In this document: positions 12,997-28,863 of the stretch, in pieces
Layout of the letters: every line of letters begins with the position of its first letter
Numbering within the stretch: the stretch's first letter is position 1
Assembly (NCBI RefSeq): GCF_964204645.1
Contig: NC_134029.1
Span: forward strand, 62,001-126,000
From: Tubulanus polymorphus
Taxonomy: Eukaryota > Animalia > Nemertea
Length of the DNA stretch: 64,000 bases
Direction of reading: 5' to 3'
Translations under genes and position numbers: made by a program
The notes under the pieces: model-generated
What the model was told of the DNA's origin: nothing
Seen by the model: the letters and a program-made list of their open reading frames with translations, nothing else
Database searches by the model: none

Positions 12997-14606
12997 TTAA
13001 TTGTACTGATACAAATAGTTAGATATGACATTAGACTCGACGCGTGAGAGTTTCCAATACGTGTTATTAGTTACACTGTTTGGATTACGAGACAATTTAT
13101 ACATTTTACACAAACAATTCAATTTATCTACAATGTACGCCTCACATTGTATTTCGTCTTCACAGTAATTCGCACAATGTATATCAGTTTTACAATGTGT
13201 CAGCTGTACAGAGTTGACAATTGCTCCAAGTGCAGCATCGGTGACCTTCATGAACTTCATATCAACATCTCGATAATCTGTAATCAATCAATGCATTCAA
13301 AAATCACTGTTTTCATATAATTTGCATAAATTTGCATAAATTAATCGATAATACACGCACATGAAGGAGTGAAGTCTGATCCTAATCTCAGTTTACGAGT
13401 CAAACTGACAGCGAACTTTCTTGAAACGCTGTTGAAAACATATTCAATACCATCCACAACAACAGCCACCTGTTTACAAATATACAGTCATTGGTAGAGA
13501 ATATCTATTTTGAAAATCAACATCATTTAATGTATGTCTTATACAGAAAAAAAAACTATTAATTATATATGGGATTTAGAGGCTCTTTATGAAATATTGC
13601 ATCAACTCATTTTAGCCGATTATTCATCATATAATGAAAAATATTCTTCTTATTGCAGTATTATTTATTATTGAGCCATTGTTTATTTTCATGCCAAATC
13701 TGCCATGAAATATTATGAAGTGTACCTTCGTGTAGTCGGAACCGTCATTAACTTTAGTGCTGAATTCAATATAGCGCATTCGTCCTGGGTTACAGTTCGG
13801 TATTGTACCCGTACTAGCCCTGAAAATATACAATCATAAATCTCGTTTCTTGTTAAATTTCAGACTATACAGCGTTATGCAATATTCAATTTAGCTGTAT
13901 CTACCTCCCCCACGACGATTATTGTGATCTAATCTTATTCTATTAAAGAGAATCATATGAAATATGCATAAGTGATAATTGCAATTAATAAATCAATGCG
14001 AACATGTTTTAAAGCTCGCGCAATCATTATCTGATAATGAATATATCATCAGCTATACGTGGTACAGTATAACGAGGCTACGTGATTATAGTCGCCTGCA
14101 CGTTTGGCCCGTGCCAAATTAGGCTCAGAACAACTGTTCACAAGGATAATAAATGGGCCGAATTGGCCCGGGCCCGATCCATGGTAATTTGACTCGTGCC
14201 CGATCCATGGTAATTTGACTCGAAGGACATAGGTGACTAAGGTTTGGTACCAATTGCTTTTGAGAATTACTAAGTTGTCTATACAACATGACATTACAAG
14301 TTAGCTTAAGTCGAGATACTGTTGCCACTGGCTGCAAATCTGACTGACAGACACTCGAGGGGACACCCACTTAAACTCACCAAGCCAAGATGCAAGACAA
14401 CCATCAGACAAAATAGTTTCACCCAGAAATTTATTGAACCCTGGAATAGTTTCCCAAGTCAAGTGGTAATGAGTGACACAATGGACTCATTCAAGTCGAG
14501 TCTCGACAACTAACTTGAGGGACCGTCTGTACACCCTGTAAACCGCGCACCCTAACAAAAGTACAGTCTTAATCGGTTTAAAGGCAAAAGCCTATGCAAC
14601 CGTATT

Positions 14607-14663
<57 letters not shown>

Positions 14664-15709
14664 TGATGACGATGACGATGATGACCGGCTGTGCTGGTTT
14701 GCCTAATGTGATTATTGCTCGGATATACGTGCAGGATTGCTAGAGTTAAAGATAAAGATCCAAATATGAGTGAACAAACTGGAGAACTATCAGTTGGTGA
14801 CAATTCAATTTAAAACAAACCATGATAGTGAATGAACCATTGAATATATTGTGAGAGACATGTGTGACAATTTCGATAGAGTTTGCTAAGAAAGCCCTGT
14901 ACATCATTGATAGGCGTTTGAATGTGAGAAAAGGCCGAGGTGCTGAGAGGAAACACATGGAAGATATCCTGCAGATATTATTGACTATCGATCCAGACTA
15001 GCTATTTGTCTTTAAGTCTCTAATTTGCTCTATGAAGCCCATTAAATTTGCTTCATATAACCGTCGTTCTGTTAAAAAGAACATAGAAGTTATCAAGCGA
15101 TTATGCAATGCAAATGATATAATTATACTGCAAGAACTGGCTTTCCGACCAAGAGCTGTCATTTCTTAGAAATATTGATTCTGATTTTGAAGCACTAGCA
15201 TTATAATTTCAGTAAAATTCTTTTCCAATACTTGTTTCTTGGCATCGATGAAAACAGTTCGAATTCGGGACAATCTTGAATCGATCCTTTCACTACTGAG
15301 TATATGGCTTGTCCTCCGTCGTACAAAGCGGAACCACAATACATCGTCACTATCACTTCATCTAAAGGTGAAATATTCACAAGTTACTGATTTACTACTA
15401 ACTTCAATTCCTACGTGAACAAATTTGTTAAACAAATATTTTACGTTGTTATTCGTAACGCTTTATTGATGTATAAAATACTACTCATATATGTATCTGA
15501 TTCAGTTTTCAATGTTACACACGATTATCTGCATTTTGATGAACGAAATATCAAATTACTTTCATACATTCACGAACAGATAGAAAGTAACATAAGGTTG
15601 AAATTTGAAAAAAAGAAACAAAACGATTATAAATTCGTTGTAACTTACTCGATCCAAATTGAAGTAAGGTAAAAAATAGAGAAAACTTCCATGACAGTTT
15701 TCTGTACAT
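12997..15709 (-). CDS. Secreted PAN/apple-domain protein, copy B (5 exons)
   Basis: Exon 1 15709-15649 (MYRKLSWKFSLFFTLLQFGS); exon 2 NEVIVTMYCGSALYDGGQAIYSVVKGSIQDCPEF; exon 3 ASTGTIPNCNPGRMRYIEFSTK; exons 4-5 nearly identical to copy A. Confidence 0.8.
14330..14685 (+). mobile_element. 5'-truncated CR1/L2-like LINE 3' end with (GATGAC)n tail
   Basis: SRGHPLKL..RQNSFTQKFIEPWNSFPSQVV....FKSSLD matches the CR1-clade ORF2 C-terminus (TRGH..KL / WN.LP..VV / FK..LD). A short 3' UTR and a microsatellite tail (14607-14685) follow. Confidence 0.85.
15032..15205 (+). mobile_element. Degenerate LINE ORF2 N-terminus (APE endonuclease fragment)
   Basis: MKPIKFASYNRRSVKKNIEVIKRLCNANDIIILQE, a frameshift, then WLSDQELSFLRNIDSDF. 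Matches APE motifs (SYN.r., DII.LQE.WL). Confidence 0.75.
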
Positions 15710-16856
15710 AGCGTTATTAACTGAACGATTGATGATATCACAGTACAATCTACCATCAGTGTATCCAATACAATACTCAATATTCCACACAAAAGCCAGT
15801 CTCCTTCCCGTTAGAAACCATCGATGGGTCCAATCAAAGAGCTACTACAATGTATGCGATCAATTGTTCATGACGAACGAACTGAGGCTTCGAGTAAAAC
15901 GTATCAAACGATCAAACTCGGTTTTCATTCGTTTTGATTTTTATTTCTAATATCGACAAAATTATTTTTATTTTGTAGAAACAACTAGATGGTAAATGTT
16001 CGATGTTTTATCTTAATTCGGTGAAAACACTGTCTCTCAAACTGAGTCATGTAATGTGTATAAAAGACAAGATAAATCTGTTGCATTAATAACATTTCGA
16101 ATAGAATGATTCATCAGGTAAAATCATTTAATACTCGAAATGTCAGTTTTAAATGGATTTTCAATCGTGGATTTTACTGTTCTTTTCGAATCAGATTTAT
16201 ATCAGTGATTTCTGGTGATTGAGTGACATTGATTTTAATTTACTGCCTCCTTCCTTCTCATCTTTCAACACTTTTACAATAACGAATAAATCCTAAAACA
16301 ATCTTGAAATCTCATCGATGAGATCAGAGATGTACTCTGGTAAATTAAGTGTCTAATTATTGATATGTCTTGATAGGAGAGCAATTTTTCATCGTCCTTT
16401 TTTTGTAAATGTGGGGCTCGAAACTTATTATTTGCATGTTGCTACATCATCAGACAAATGACAGTTTTTGTTATAGGTCGTTATTGATATATATTATTGA
16501 TATTTCCAACAAACGTCGGAATATTCGATAAAACAGATTAGACCGTTATACCATAGACAATAGAAAAACGGTTTTCCTATGCGCAGTAACAACAGCGGTT
16601 TAGTCGGTAACCAGACTGTGGTTTAGTCAGTAACCAGACTGTGGTTTAGTCAGTAACTGGATTACAATTAAAATCAAGCATATTGTTAATCACAATAAAA
16701 CAAATATATGCGAAAACATATGAAATAACATATATTTTATATAAAATTGATGAAATAATTTCAAAAATGATTGATAAGTTTGATTAGATATTAATACAAT
16801 ATTTCCAATTTACTTCATTACGTTTGCATCAGATGAACCTGGCTAATGGTATATGA

Positions 16857-18825
<1,969 letters not shown>

Positions 18826-19852
18826 TGTTACACAGTTATAAAATGATGTTCTTATTTCTAGTTTTATTGAATTACTTGTGATACATGAGTTTGACGTGCA
18901 ATGAAACTATTACTACTACTTCCTCTCATCGCTCTCATCAGGAGGTCCCACCTCCCTGCTCTCGTATAAGATTCTTATCGGTTTTTCGAGGAAACACGAA
19001 TCTCCTTCTCGTCACAGCAAAACGGGATACATTTCAACTCTTCATTAATATTCAATTAATATGTAATATTTGGTACTTTGATATTGGACCAATGCAATGA
19101 TATAGATAGAGGTTTCTATGCCGCTAGCGAGGGTCTGGTCGGGCATCTGATTATTTGAATGTTATGATATGGACTATAGTTTCTTGTTGGTCAGGGGAAT
19201 AAAATGTTCCACTTGTGTATATAGTTAATGTGACACGAAAGAGCTGTTTTATATCTCTGTTATCGGGTGCGTCGTTTGATAATGAAATACTGATGCTCGA
19301 GAAATGTGGGGTTCAAACCGGATAAAGTTGTTTATCTAACACGTTTTTATGTCGACATGGAACGTGGACAATGATTTTATTGAACACGTATCTAAAAAAT
19401 GAATTGAATTTATGAAAGAAAGTTTATTAAAATCTAAATCTATCACAACTGTAACAACGCTTTCAAGATTTATACTTTGTACATGATCAATAATTCATGC
19501 TTTATGAAAATATAGTATCTATTTATAAAGCGGAACACATACATTACTCAGTATACAAAACTACTGCAATTTCATCAATTCATTGCTTCATAAATGTATC
19601 ATCTACAAGAGTTACATTGCACGAAGGCCAATCAAGCAAAATTGGTGTCAGATCCGGAGTGTGGTATATTAACTTAGGAGAGAATAAAGACGTCTTACTA
19701 CAAGACATTATTACGTCATTATTCATCACCTTAAACATCTTTAAATCGTTATCTTTAATATGACGTAGACAAAACAATCTTACACGCAAATCTTTTCACC
19801 AATTACTTTTACGTCTTTCAACATCTTTTACATGATTTTACATCAATGTCAT

Positions 19853-21661
19853 TTATGCTAATGAGGTAAGGGAAGCAATCCATTCTCTATTTGTAGCTGA
19901 TAGATTTCCTGGTAGATTTGATGTATTTCTATTGTTTAACTGACGAATATGTTTCAGCCAGAACGGTGACATTATCAGAACACTTACACCGACTAGACTA
20001 GCCGTTAATTCAAACGAGTAAACGTAATTTCCGGTGACGTCATAAACCCAACCTGAAAATACATACATTCAAAATAATTAAATATTTATGATTTCTTTTC
20101 AAAGGTAAAAAGAAACTCTACCACTAGAGGGCGCTTACCGGCTAACGGAGCTCCAATCATGAAAGCGATACCAGCAGGAAACAACATATACTGTACAGAC
20201 ATATGAATATATTTTTCTTCAATGATTTCAGCAATAACTAGATGCGTGAGACCTGCAAATCCTGACATTCCAACTCCTATTAGTATCACTAGTATAACTG
20301 CTGCAGTGAAGCCTTTAAATAATGGAACTAAAGCCACAGTGACGCCTAACAAAATATTTACAGCTAAACAAAGAGTGAATGTATCAAAACGAGGATGCTG
20401 GGAGATCATACAAACCACAAACCGACCAATGAGACCACTAGCTCCCCAATAAGGCACCAGATACCTGGCATCTTCTAATTCTAGTTTACATAGATCCCTA
20501 AATCCGGAGACTATATGTACAAATATCACTGATACTGCTATATTGAGGAAAAACACCGAAATAGTGACACCTATAAAGTTTGGCTGTTTGAGTATTTCAA
20601 TATTCAGAATGTTTTTACATCCTGGAAACTTCACTCTTACATTGTCATCTTCTTTATCTTGTTCATCTTTTCGTGGCAGCAGAACATCTTTATTCGAACG
20701 CGGTTTGTTCCAATCGCGTAGAATTAAACTACAAGGAGCCATGTTTAAAGCTATAGCACCTATTATAAGTACTGCTCCACGCCAGGTGTAAGCTTCTATC
20801 GATTCATTAATGATCACTCCGAAAATGATCGTTCCTAAAGAAGCTGCTGAAACGACGAAAGCGTTCGCTGTTGATCTGTAACGACGGAATCTGATCATTA
20901 TGTAAGATAATATAGGTCCGATGTGAAATGTATAAGCCATACCTGAAAATCGAAGACAAACCTCGTGGTCAAGGAGGACAACAACCTACAGTGTTTGGAA
21001 ATTTGAATTCAAAGTTCTACCGTACCAGTAATGATCCACAGGATGTAGATCAGCCAAAGGGACTTAGAAAACGCTGAACAACAAACAGCAAAACTGTTTA
21101 CAACAGCAGAAATGAATAAACATCGCCTTAAACCAAATCTTTTGATCATCAAACCTCCGACTGGTGCTGAAAATGAATGGTTCATTAATGAATATAGGGA
21201 ATATAGGGTACTGCTGTAAAATAACACTAAAAATATAAACCCTACGTCGCCGTAACCCTAAACCCAGCTGCCTGGTAATCGTAACGGGCCATAACCCGAA
21301 CACGCTAACCACTAAACCGCGGACCAGGACTGAATGATTGGGTTTTGAAGTTTGTATGGTCAGTGATGTGACCAGTCGAGTGTGGTGGCTGGTAATAAAT
21401 CATTCTCTGATTTTAGTAAAGGGTTTTTCAGTATAGGATGTAGGAACTATACTTACCAAGCATTTGAGATGTCGAATAATTCGTAGTTCCCAACCAGGCC
21501 ACTATTCTATAACCTACATCGAAATAATCAACCCACTCGACTACTAGAATTCCAACCGTCAAATTGATACCTCCCATAATTATAAATATGCCAACAGCAG
21601 CGAGGACCAAACAGCATCCTTCAACTCGACCAGGCTCTTTAAAATCGCTTTCTGGATCCAT
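19853..21661 (-). CDS. SLC16/monocarboxylate transporter-like MFS protein, copy 1 (exons 21661-21457, 21166-21026, 20942-20139, 20052-19853)
   Basis: Phase-1 introns throughout. MCT-family motifs GILVVEWVDYF, APVGGLMIKRFG.R, F.RYRSTANAF, YTWRGAVLIIGAIALN, GAPLAGWVYDVTGNY. Confidence 0.88.
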
Positions 21662-22922
21662 CACGCGGTTGTATATGTTGTCTTGTATTTCCTCAGGTCC
21701 AACTAGATTAATCCTACATGGAAGTGTAAAGTCTATGAAATGCATGACCAAAGTTAGTCTGATAAAACACATAGTCTGATAAAACACTCAATTATGTGTC
21801 TACTGTTGTAGACAAATAAAAAATGCCCGCGCTAAAGTTCAGGAGATAGAGAGTAGATTCCGCTCAAGTCGGATCTTTTGGGGGACTGTGAATATTGGAT
21901 TGGGATTGTTTAAAATGGTGCAACAACCTAGTGAGTATACTGCCTGCCAGAGTAGGATGTTGCTTAACAGTAACAGATATCCAATAGACGAGAAGACATT
22001 TCCAGAAATTACTGGACGACGAAACATACCTGTATATATGTTCGATTTATTCACCATACTGACAACAAGACCAAGCCAACATATCACAAACTGCTTTAAC
22101 ATATATAAAAGAGAATTCATGCTTGAAATGGTATAAACTGATTACAGTTAAATCCAGATTATAGTATTACAGTATTCATACACACGCACACACACTCCAC
22201 ACACACGCGCACACACGCATTTTACAGGTTACGTGTCACAGATGTCCTGCCTACAGATCTACAGTGTTATACAGCAAAGATGGAGGCACTTTATTTGTAC
22301 TAACTTATTTGTACTTTATTTGTACTTTATTTGTATCGTGGGTCGAATGTATATGTGTGAACATGGTTCGAGTTGACTACTCCATCGTAGGTCTGGCCGC
22401 TTAACGTTTTGCGGCATTGTACGGTTAAAAGGGGTACATGTGGTATTTAGAACCCGTCGCACGTGTAGACTACGTGTATCAAAGAATTATCGAATTTATT
22501 AAATGTTTTCATTCGATGGTGGTCACATGTCTTCATTCACATTATTCCCGGTACGATCAAACATCCCTGTCCATTAGATACTATGGATACTGGCTACGAT
22601 CGTCGTCTCACGCAGCAGAATTGTGCTTGGTGAGTGGTGCTTGGTTCCAGCATTTGGGATCTCGATGAGGTGACCTCCTTAGGTTATCATGATCACATCA
22701 CCTGTATAAAGGTCACTGGTCCACGTCACTGTCAGTCTCTATCTTGCTGCGCCCTGATTTACTGAGCTTACTGTAGCGCAGTTACAAATATTGTCACTCA
22801 AGGAAACACCTCTGTATCTTTACTTGGATACATGTTGCATATACACACGTGTTGCAAGTGTTACAAGTTTTGTCCCTTTTTGCTATTGTCAGCAATTTGA
22901 CATCGATAATATTTGAACTTAC

Positions 22923-23633
22923 CAAACACCAACGACATTGCTGTACTGCTGGTTCCTAACCAGGAAATATCCTGTATCCAGTATTGAAATAATCAACCCA
23001 TTCTACAACTACTCTCTGTCACACATGCTCTTCGTGTGACGTTTTGTTCCGTATTTTCCTTAATCATCGGTTTATCTACCTTTATTATGCATCAATTTCT
23101 TCAGTAAGGAATTTGCATTCAGAAATAAACAACAATTTTTGCTAAAGTTGTTTTTGTTTTCATTTATCAGCAATAGTTTACTCGGCATACGATCGCGTAA
23201 TGCTTAAAAATCCGCTCCGCGGACGCTCGGAAACGTTACAGTGACGTCATCACCTGCTCAATAGCATAACGAAATACAGTAGGTGGCGCCACGTGACGGG
23301 TCACGAAAGCCGTTTTCACAGCATTACGCGAGCGTATGCTAGGCAAACAATCGCCGATAGATGAAAACACAAACAAATTTCTACCAATTCATGATTTATT
23401 TCTGAATGCAAATTCCTTACTGAACAAATTGATGCATAATATTCACGGATTAATTTATCATTAACGAAATTACGGACCAAAACGTCGCACGGAAAGCATG
23501 TGTGACAGACAAAGATCCCAGCGGTATAGTGAGACCCTCCCCCCGTAGCAGCCAGGACCAGACAACATCTTTCAAATCGACCGGGCTCTTTAAAATTACC
23601 CGTCACATCAGCACTTCCACTTCTATCCGTCAT
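22923..23633 (-). pseudogene. Disabled upstream duplicate of the MCT first coding exon
   Basis: MTDRSGSADVTGNFKEPGRFERCCLVLAATG..GGSHYTAGI is homologous to 28491-28260 and has the same donor. It carries a ~500-bp foldback insertion, a 15-nt deletion and a 1-nt deletion. Confidence 0.85.
23012..23511. mobile_element. Foldback/MITE with long imperfect TIRs, inserted into the MCT pseudo-exon
   Basis: Left end ctctgtcacacatgctcttcgtgtgacgttttg pairs with right end caaaacgtcgcacggaaagcatgtgtgacagac. Complementarity continues ~200 nt inward (e.g. ttcagtaaggaatttgcattcagaaataaa). Confidence 0.85.
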
Positions 23634-24783
23634 GCTGTCAGTATACGCGTGGCCGGTCGCTGAGTGCTCAAGAACATAGCGCGTTAACAATTCGTGTTAC
23701 GTACGAATACAAACCCAGTTTATTCAAGTGCTCTCCAATACTATGCGGGTATGTGCCGCGGCCGTTTCCATGTTTTAACGCACTCAGGTTGAGTACCGCT
23801 AGTTGACAGATATTTTTTCTAGTGATAGATAAACTGAACCGTCTGAAAATCAACTCAGGGTATGATACGTGGTATTGTGTAGCTCTTTCTGACGCGATGC
23901 TGTTTTACATTTGGATACTTCACGTTAAAAGTGGTGCTCATGTTTTGAGGACACCCTATAAGAGAACCATCAGCCACCGAAACTTAGTGATTTCAGGCCC
24001 GTGTCCATTGGAGTGACTTATAGACATAAAGAGGGCTTCATACGAAACATCATTACTCTATAATAATCTCCGGAAATAATCGTTCCTACGACTCGAAGCT
24101 ACTCAAATAATTATACGATAAAAATTTCACTTTATTCGAAACGAACTTATTTCATACATGTAATAGTTTTATATTCGAAAATATATAATAATTCATTTTA
24201 TATAAATCAATAAAAATACGAATTATTCAATATAATACATTTATACAATTAATCGATAACAATAAATTCAAATCGAGGATACGGAAGCCATACGCATAAA
24301 ATACATACATGGGTCGCATTTAAACAAAACTACCCGGTGAGGAATGTGAATAGTGATATTTAATGAGATGAATAAGACTCCGATGCGGTGAAGAGAAACG
24401 ATAGAGCAGCTATTGCCTGCTAAATAAATCACATTATCACAATGAACTGTAAGTATGAACAAAATTATAGTTACTCTCGAGATCTAGAACATATATTTTT
24501 GCCTTAAACTGATCGCATTCAATTTATAATAGACAGACCAGCTGGGAGGGGCAAAAAAACGATCACAGAATCGGAGAGCATTAAAACCCCACAAACCAGT
24601 AATACATACATGTGTTCAACAGTCGTGGCTTAAAGTGCAATAGTTGAATGGTTATTAGATTAATCAATATAAACCACTTCACGTCTTAAAGGAGATCATT
24701 ATGCTAATGAAGTTATAGAAGCCTCAGTGTGAAAAGGGCCATTATGTTAATGAGATTAACACAGCCTCGATGTAAGATGGTCA

Positions 24784-27700
24784 TTATGCTAATGAGGTAA
24801 GGGAAGCAATCCATTCTCTATTTGTAGCTGATAGATTTCCTGGCAGATCTGATGTATTTCTATTGTTTAACTGACGAATATGTTTCAGCCAGAACGGTGA
24901 CATTATCAGAACACTTACACCGACTAGACTAGCCGTTAATTCAAACGAGTAAACGTAATTTCCGGTGACGTCATAAACCCAACCTGAAAATACATACATT
25001 CAAAATGTTAATGAATTTATGATTTGTTTTCAAAGGTAAACAGAAACTCTACCACTAGAGGGCGCTTACCGGCTAACGGAGCTCCAATAAGGTAAGCGAT
25101 ACCAGCAGGAAACAACATATACTGTACAGACATATGAATGTATTTGTCTTCAATGATTTCAGCAATAACTAGATGCGTGAGACCTGCAAATCCTGACATT
25201 CCAACTCCTATTAGTATCACTAGTATAACTGCTGCAGTGAAGCCTTCAAATAATGGAACTAAAGCCACAGTGACGCCTAATAAAATATTTACAGCTAAAA
25301 ACATGGTGAATGCATCAAAACGAGGATGCTGGGTAATAAATGAGGTGGCAAACCGACCAATCATATTGCTCGTGCCTAAACAGGGCACCAGATACCTGGC
25401 ATCTTCTAATTCTAGTTTACATAGATCTCTAAATCCGGACACTATATGTACAAATATGATTGACACTGCTAGATATAAGAAGAATACAGCGCTAGTGACA
25501 CCTATAAAGTTTCGTCGAGTTAATACTTCAACATGTAAGAAGTTTCTACAACCAGAAGCTTCAGGTTTTTTCAAATATTCGCCATTCACTGAATCTTTCT
25601 GTTTATCTGCATTTTGTTCATCTTTTCGTGGCAACAGAACATCTTTATTCGAACGCGGTTTGTTCCAATCGCGTAGAATTAAACTACAAGGAGCCATGTT
25701 TAAAGCTATAGCACCTATTATAAGTACTGCTCCACGCCAGGTGTAAGCTTCTATCGATTTATTAATGATCACTCCGAAAATGATCGTTCCTAAAGAAGCT
25801 GCTGAAACGACGAAAGCGTTCGCTGTTGATCTGTAACGACGGAATCTGATCATTATGTAAGCGACGATTGGTCCAACATAGAAGGCCTGTGAGATTCCTG
25901 AAAATAGACAATAACTACAGCTATTACAAGGAACTGAGTCAACCTAGTATCAAGGTTTAATGCGTAGGTTTCCTGATTTCATTAGAATTCACGATCTTTC
26001 ACTGCAAAAGTGCATAAAGAAATTAGTTTAATGGAAAAACAACAGTACTTTAAGGGAGATGCTTCTCCGGCATTGACTTCATGCCTTTAACTATAATGAA
26101 GGTACAGTATTCGCTCGTAGCGAAAGCTCGTAATTTCTTATAAAATGTGTGAACGTACAATGTTTTTCACGAGAGAACTCAGCTCGACTCACCGGCAGTA
26201 ATCCATAGGATGAAGATTAGCCATAGATTCTTAGAAAACGCCGAACAACAAACAGCAAAACCATTTACAACAGCAGAAATTACTAAACATCGCCTTAAAC
26301 CAAATCTTTTGATCATCAAACCTCCGACAGGTGCTGAAAATAATAGTTTATTTTGATTAGTTAAATATGGCAGTGCTTTTTCACATGTTTCCAGTTTGAT
26401 TTGAAATTTTACAATAATTCCTCAAATCTGGAGCACACATAAAAACCTGAGTGTCGTAAATTATGTCACTGAGTAAATGCTATAATGATACATATTTGGA
26501 TAGGACGGGTTATTGTATGTATGACATTCTACGGTAAATAGGGAACGGTTTACAGCAGGTACGGTATCCACGAGGCGCAGGTACGGTATCCACGAGGCGC
26601 AGCACTAGTGTATAATTATCGGGTTTTTTTATTTGGTGCTCGTCACAGATGTCTCTCTTCACGCGAGTCTATACAATACATTCAACACACTGCAGTTGGA
26701 TCAAATCCATTATACTTCGTTCCACTTGCATAATATAATCTCATCTAAATCCATTTCCATCATCCATGATTTTACCTTACGCCTGGTGTGCGCAGTTTTC
26801 CTGTCAACTGAATACCCGGTACTTGGTTTTACGCGGAAGCGGGTTAGGCCCCTATCTGTCTGTAGGATCTACCTCTGGGTCCCAGGTTATTATCATGATC
26901 ACATCACCTGTATAAAGGTCACTGGTTCATCACGTCACTGTCCTCTCTCTTTCTCACTATTGATTGCTGCGCTCTGATTTACTGCGCTTCTGCAGTGCAG
27001 TTACAAATATTGAACGCCACTCAAGGAAACACATCTGTATACACGCTACATACACGTGTATAAATCATTTATAATAGTATTACAATTATAAAGGTACATT
27101 AATAATGTGACTAATGTCTATTTATTAATGGATGAGACCTGTTTTTCTTGGATATTTTGCTTACTTTTTGGGGTACATACCTCATTTATGTCTTTACACA
27201 ATGCCAAAAATCGCGGACAACAACTGAATATCCGATATATTTCCAGTTCTGTACCAATTAGATGGATTGGCAAAAAGACTCCTTAAGTCCAATTGAATGA
27301 GAGAGAAAATCCTCCATTTTGTGAAATTTCTTGAATTTTTACATTGTCACCATGCCTACGAAATGAAGTTATTTTTCTTGTGGGGTCTCAACAACTAAAT
27401 CAGGGTGGCGAAGGCATGGTAACAATGTTCAAATCCAAGAAATTTGACAAAATGGAGGATTTTCTCTCTCATTCAACTGGACTTAAGGAGTCTTTTTGTC
27501 AATCCATCTAATTGGTACAGAACTGGAAATATATCGGATATTCAGTTGTTGTCCGCGATTTTTGGCATTCTGTTAAGACATAAATGAGGTATGTACCCCA
27601 AAAAGTAAACAAAATATCCCAGAAAAACAGGTCTCATCAATTAATAAATAGACATTAATGTCTATTTATTAATGGATGAGACCTGTTTTTCTTGGATATT

Positions 27701-28491
27701 TTGCTTACTTTTTGGGGTACATACCTCATTTATGTCTTTACACAATGCCAAAAATCGCGGACAACAACTGAATATCCGATATATTTCCAGTTCTGTACCA
27801 ATTAGATGGATTGGCAAAAAGACTCCTTAAGTCCAATTGAATGAGAGAGAAAATCCTCCATTTTGTGAAATTTCTTGAATTTTTACATTGTCACCATGCC
27901 TACGAAATGAAGTTATTTTTCTTGTGGGGTCTCAACAACTAAATCAGGGTGGCGAAGGCATGGTAACAATGTTCAAATCCAAGAAATTTGACAAAATGGA
28001 GGATTTTCTCTCTCATTCAACTGGACTTAAGGAGTCTTTTTGTCAATCCATCTAATTGGTACAGAACTGGAAATATATCGGATATTCAGTTGTTGTCCGC
28101 GATTTTTGGCATTCTGTTAAGACATAAATGAGGTATGTACCCCAAAAAGTAAACAAAATATCCCAGAAAAACAGGTCTCATCAATTAATAAATAGACATT
28201 AGTTTTGTCCCCTTTTTTGCTATTGTCAGCAATTTGACATCGATGATATTTAAACTTACCAAATACTAACGACATTGCAGTACTGCTGGTTCCTAACCAA
28301 GAAATAATCCTGTATCCAGTATTAAAATAATCAACCCATTCTACAACTAGGATTCCGGTGGTATAGTGAGACCCTCCTAACGTTATGAATATCCCTGCAG
28401 CGGCCAGGACCAGACAACATCCTTCAACTTTACCGGGCTCTTTAAAATCACGGACCTCCGTCACATCAACACTTCCCTCCCTGTCAGTCAT
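24784..28491 (-). CDS. SLC16/MCT-like transporter, copy 2 (exons 28491-28260, 26333-26193, 25897-25070, 24983-24784)
   Basis: Same exon structure and phases as copy 1; last exon and much of exon 3 nearly identical to copy 1. Confidence 0.88.
27114..28199. mobile_element. Head-to-tail dimer of a 542-bp palindromic MITE with TA junctions (units 27114-27655, 27658-28199)
   Basis: TA-[ATGTCTATTTATTAAT...ATTAATAAATAGACAT]-TA-[same]-TA, with ~245-bp TIRs per unit. TA target duplication is typical of the Tc1/mariner superfamily. Confidence 0.92.
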
Positions 28492-28863
28492 GCTGACAGT
28501 GTCGAACAGACTTTATGGCGTGTACGTTATATATTGCTAACAACGCAACAATTCGTGTTGCAAATAAAAAGCCGGTTTATTATACCAGGGACCAGTACGT
28601 GCTCTACACCTGAAAGCGTATATCTGTCGTCAGCTGTGTCGTGTCTACAGGGTTCTTAAATAAAGGTTTCTAAATTGATTGCATTAAATATCGCAGAATC
28701 GACCTCAATTTATGATCAGCTACAAAATTAGAGGTCTGACTACCAAATATCAGAAAATCCAAAATTCGCAGATCAGCCACAAACATCAGCGAATCAGAAA
28801 CAAATGACATGGTTCACAACATTATTACTGCGGGTTAAACTTGTACCTCGTCCGTTTACTTAC

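Noticed and set aside
25138-25746. 202-aa plus-strand ORF (and similar ORFs at 20222-20791)
   Set aside because: Antisense shadows of MCT exon 3.
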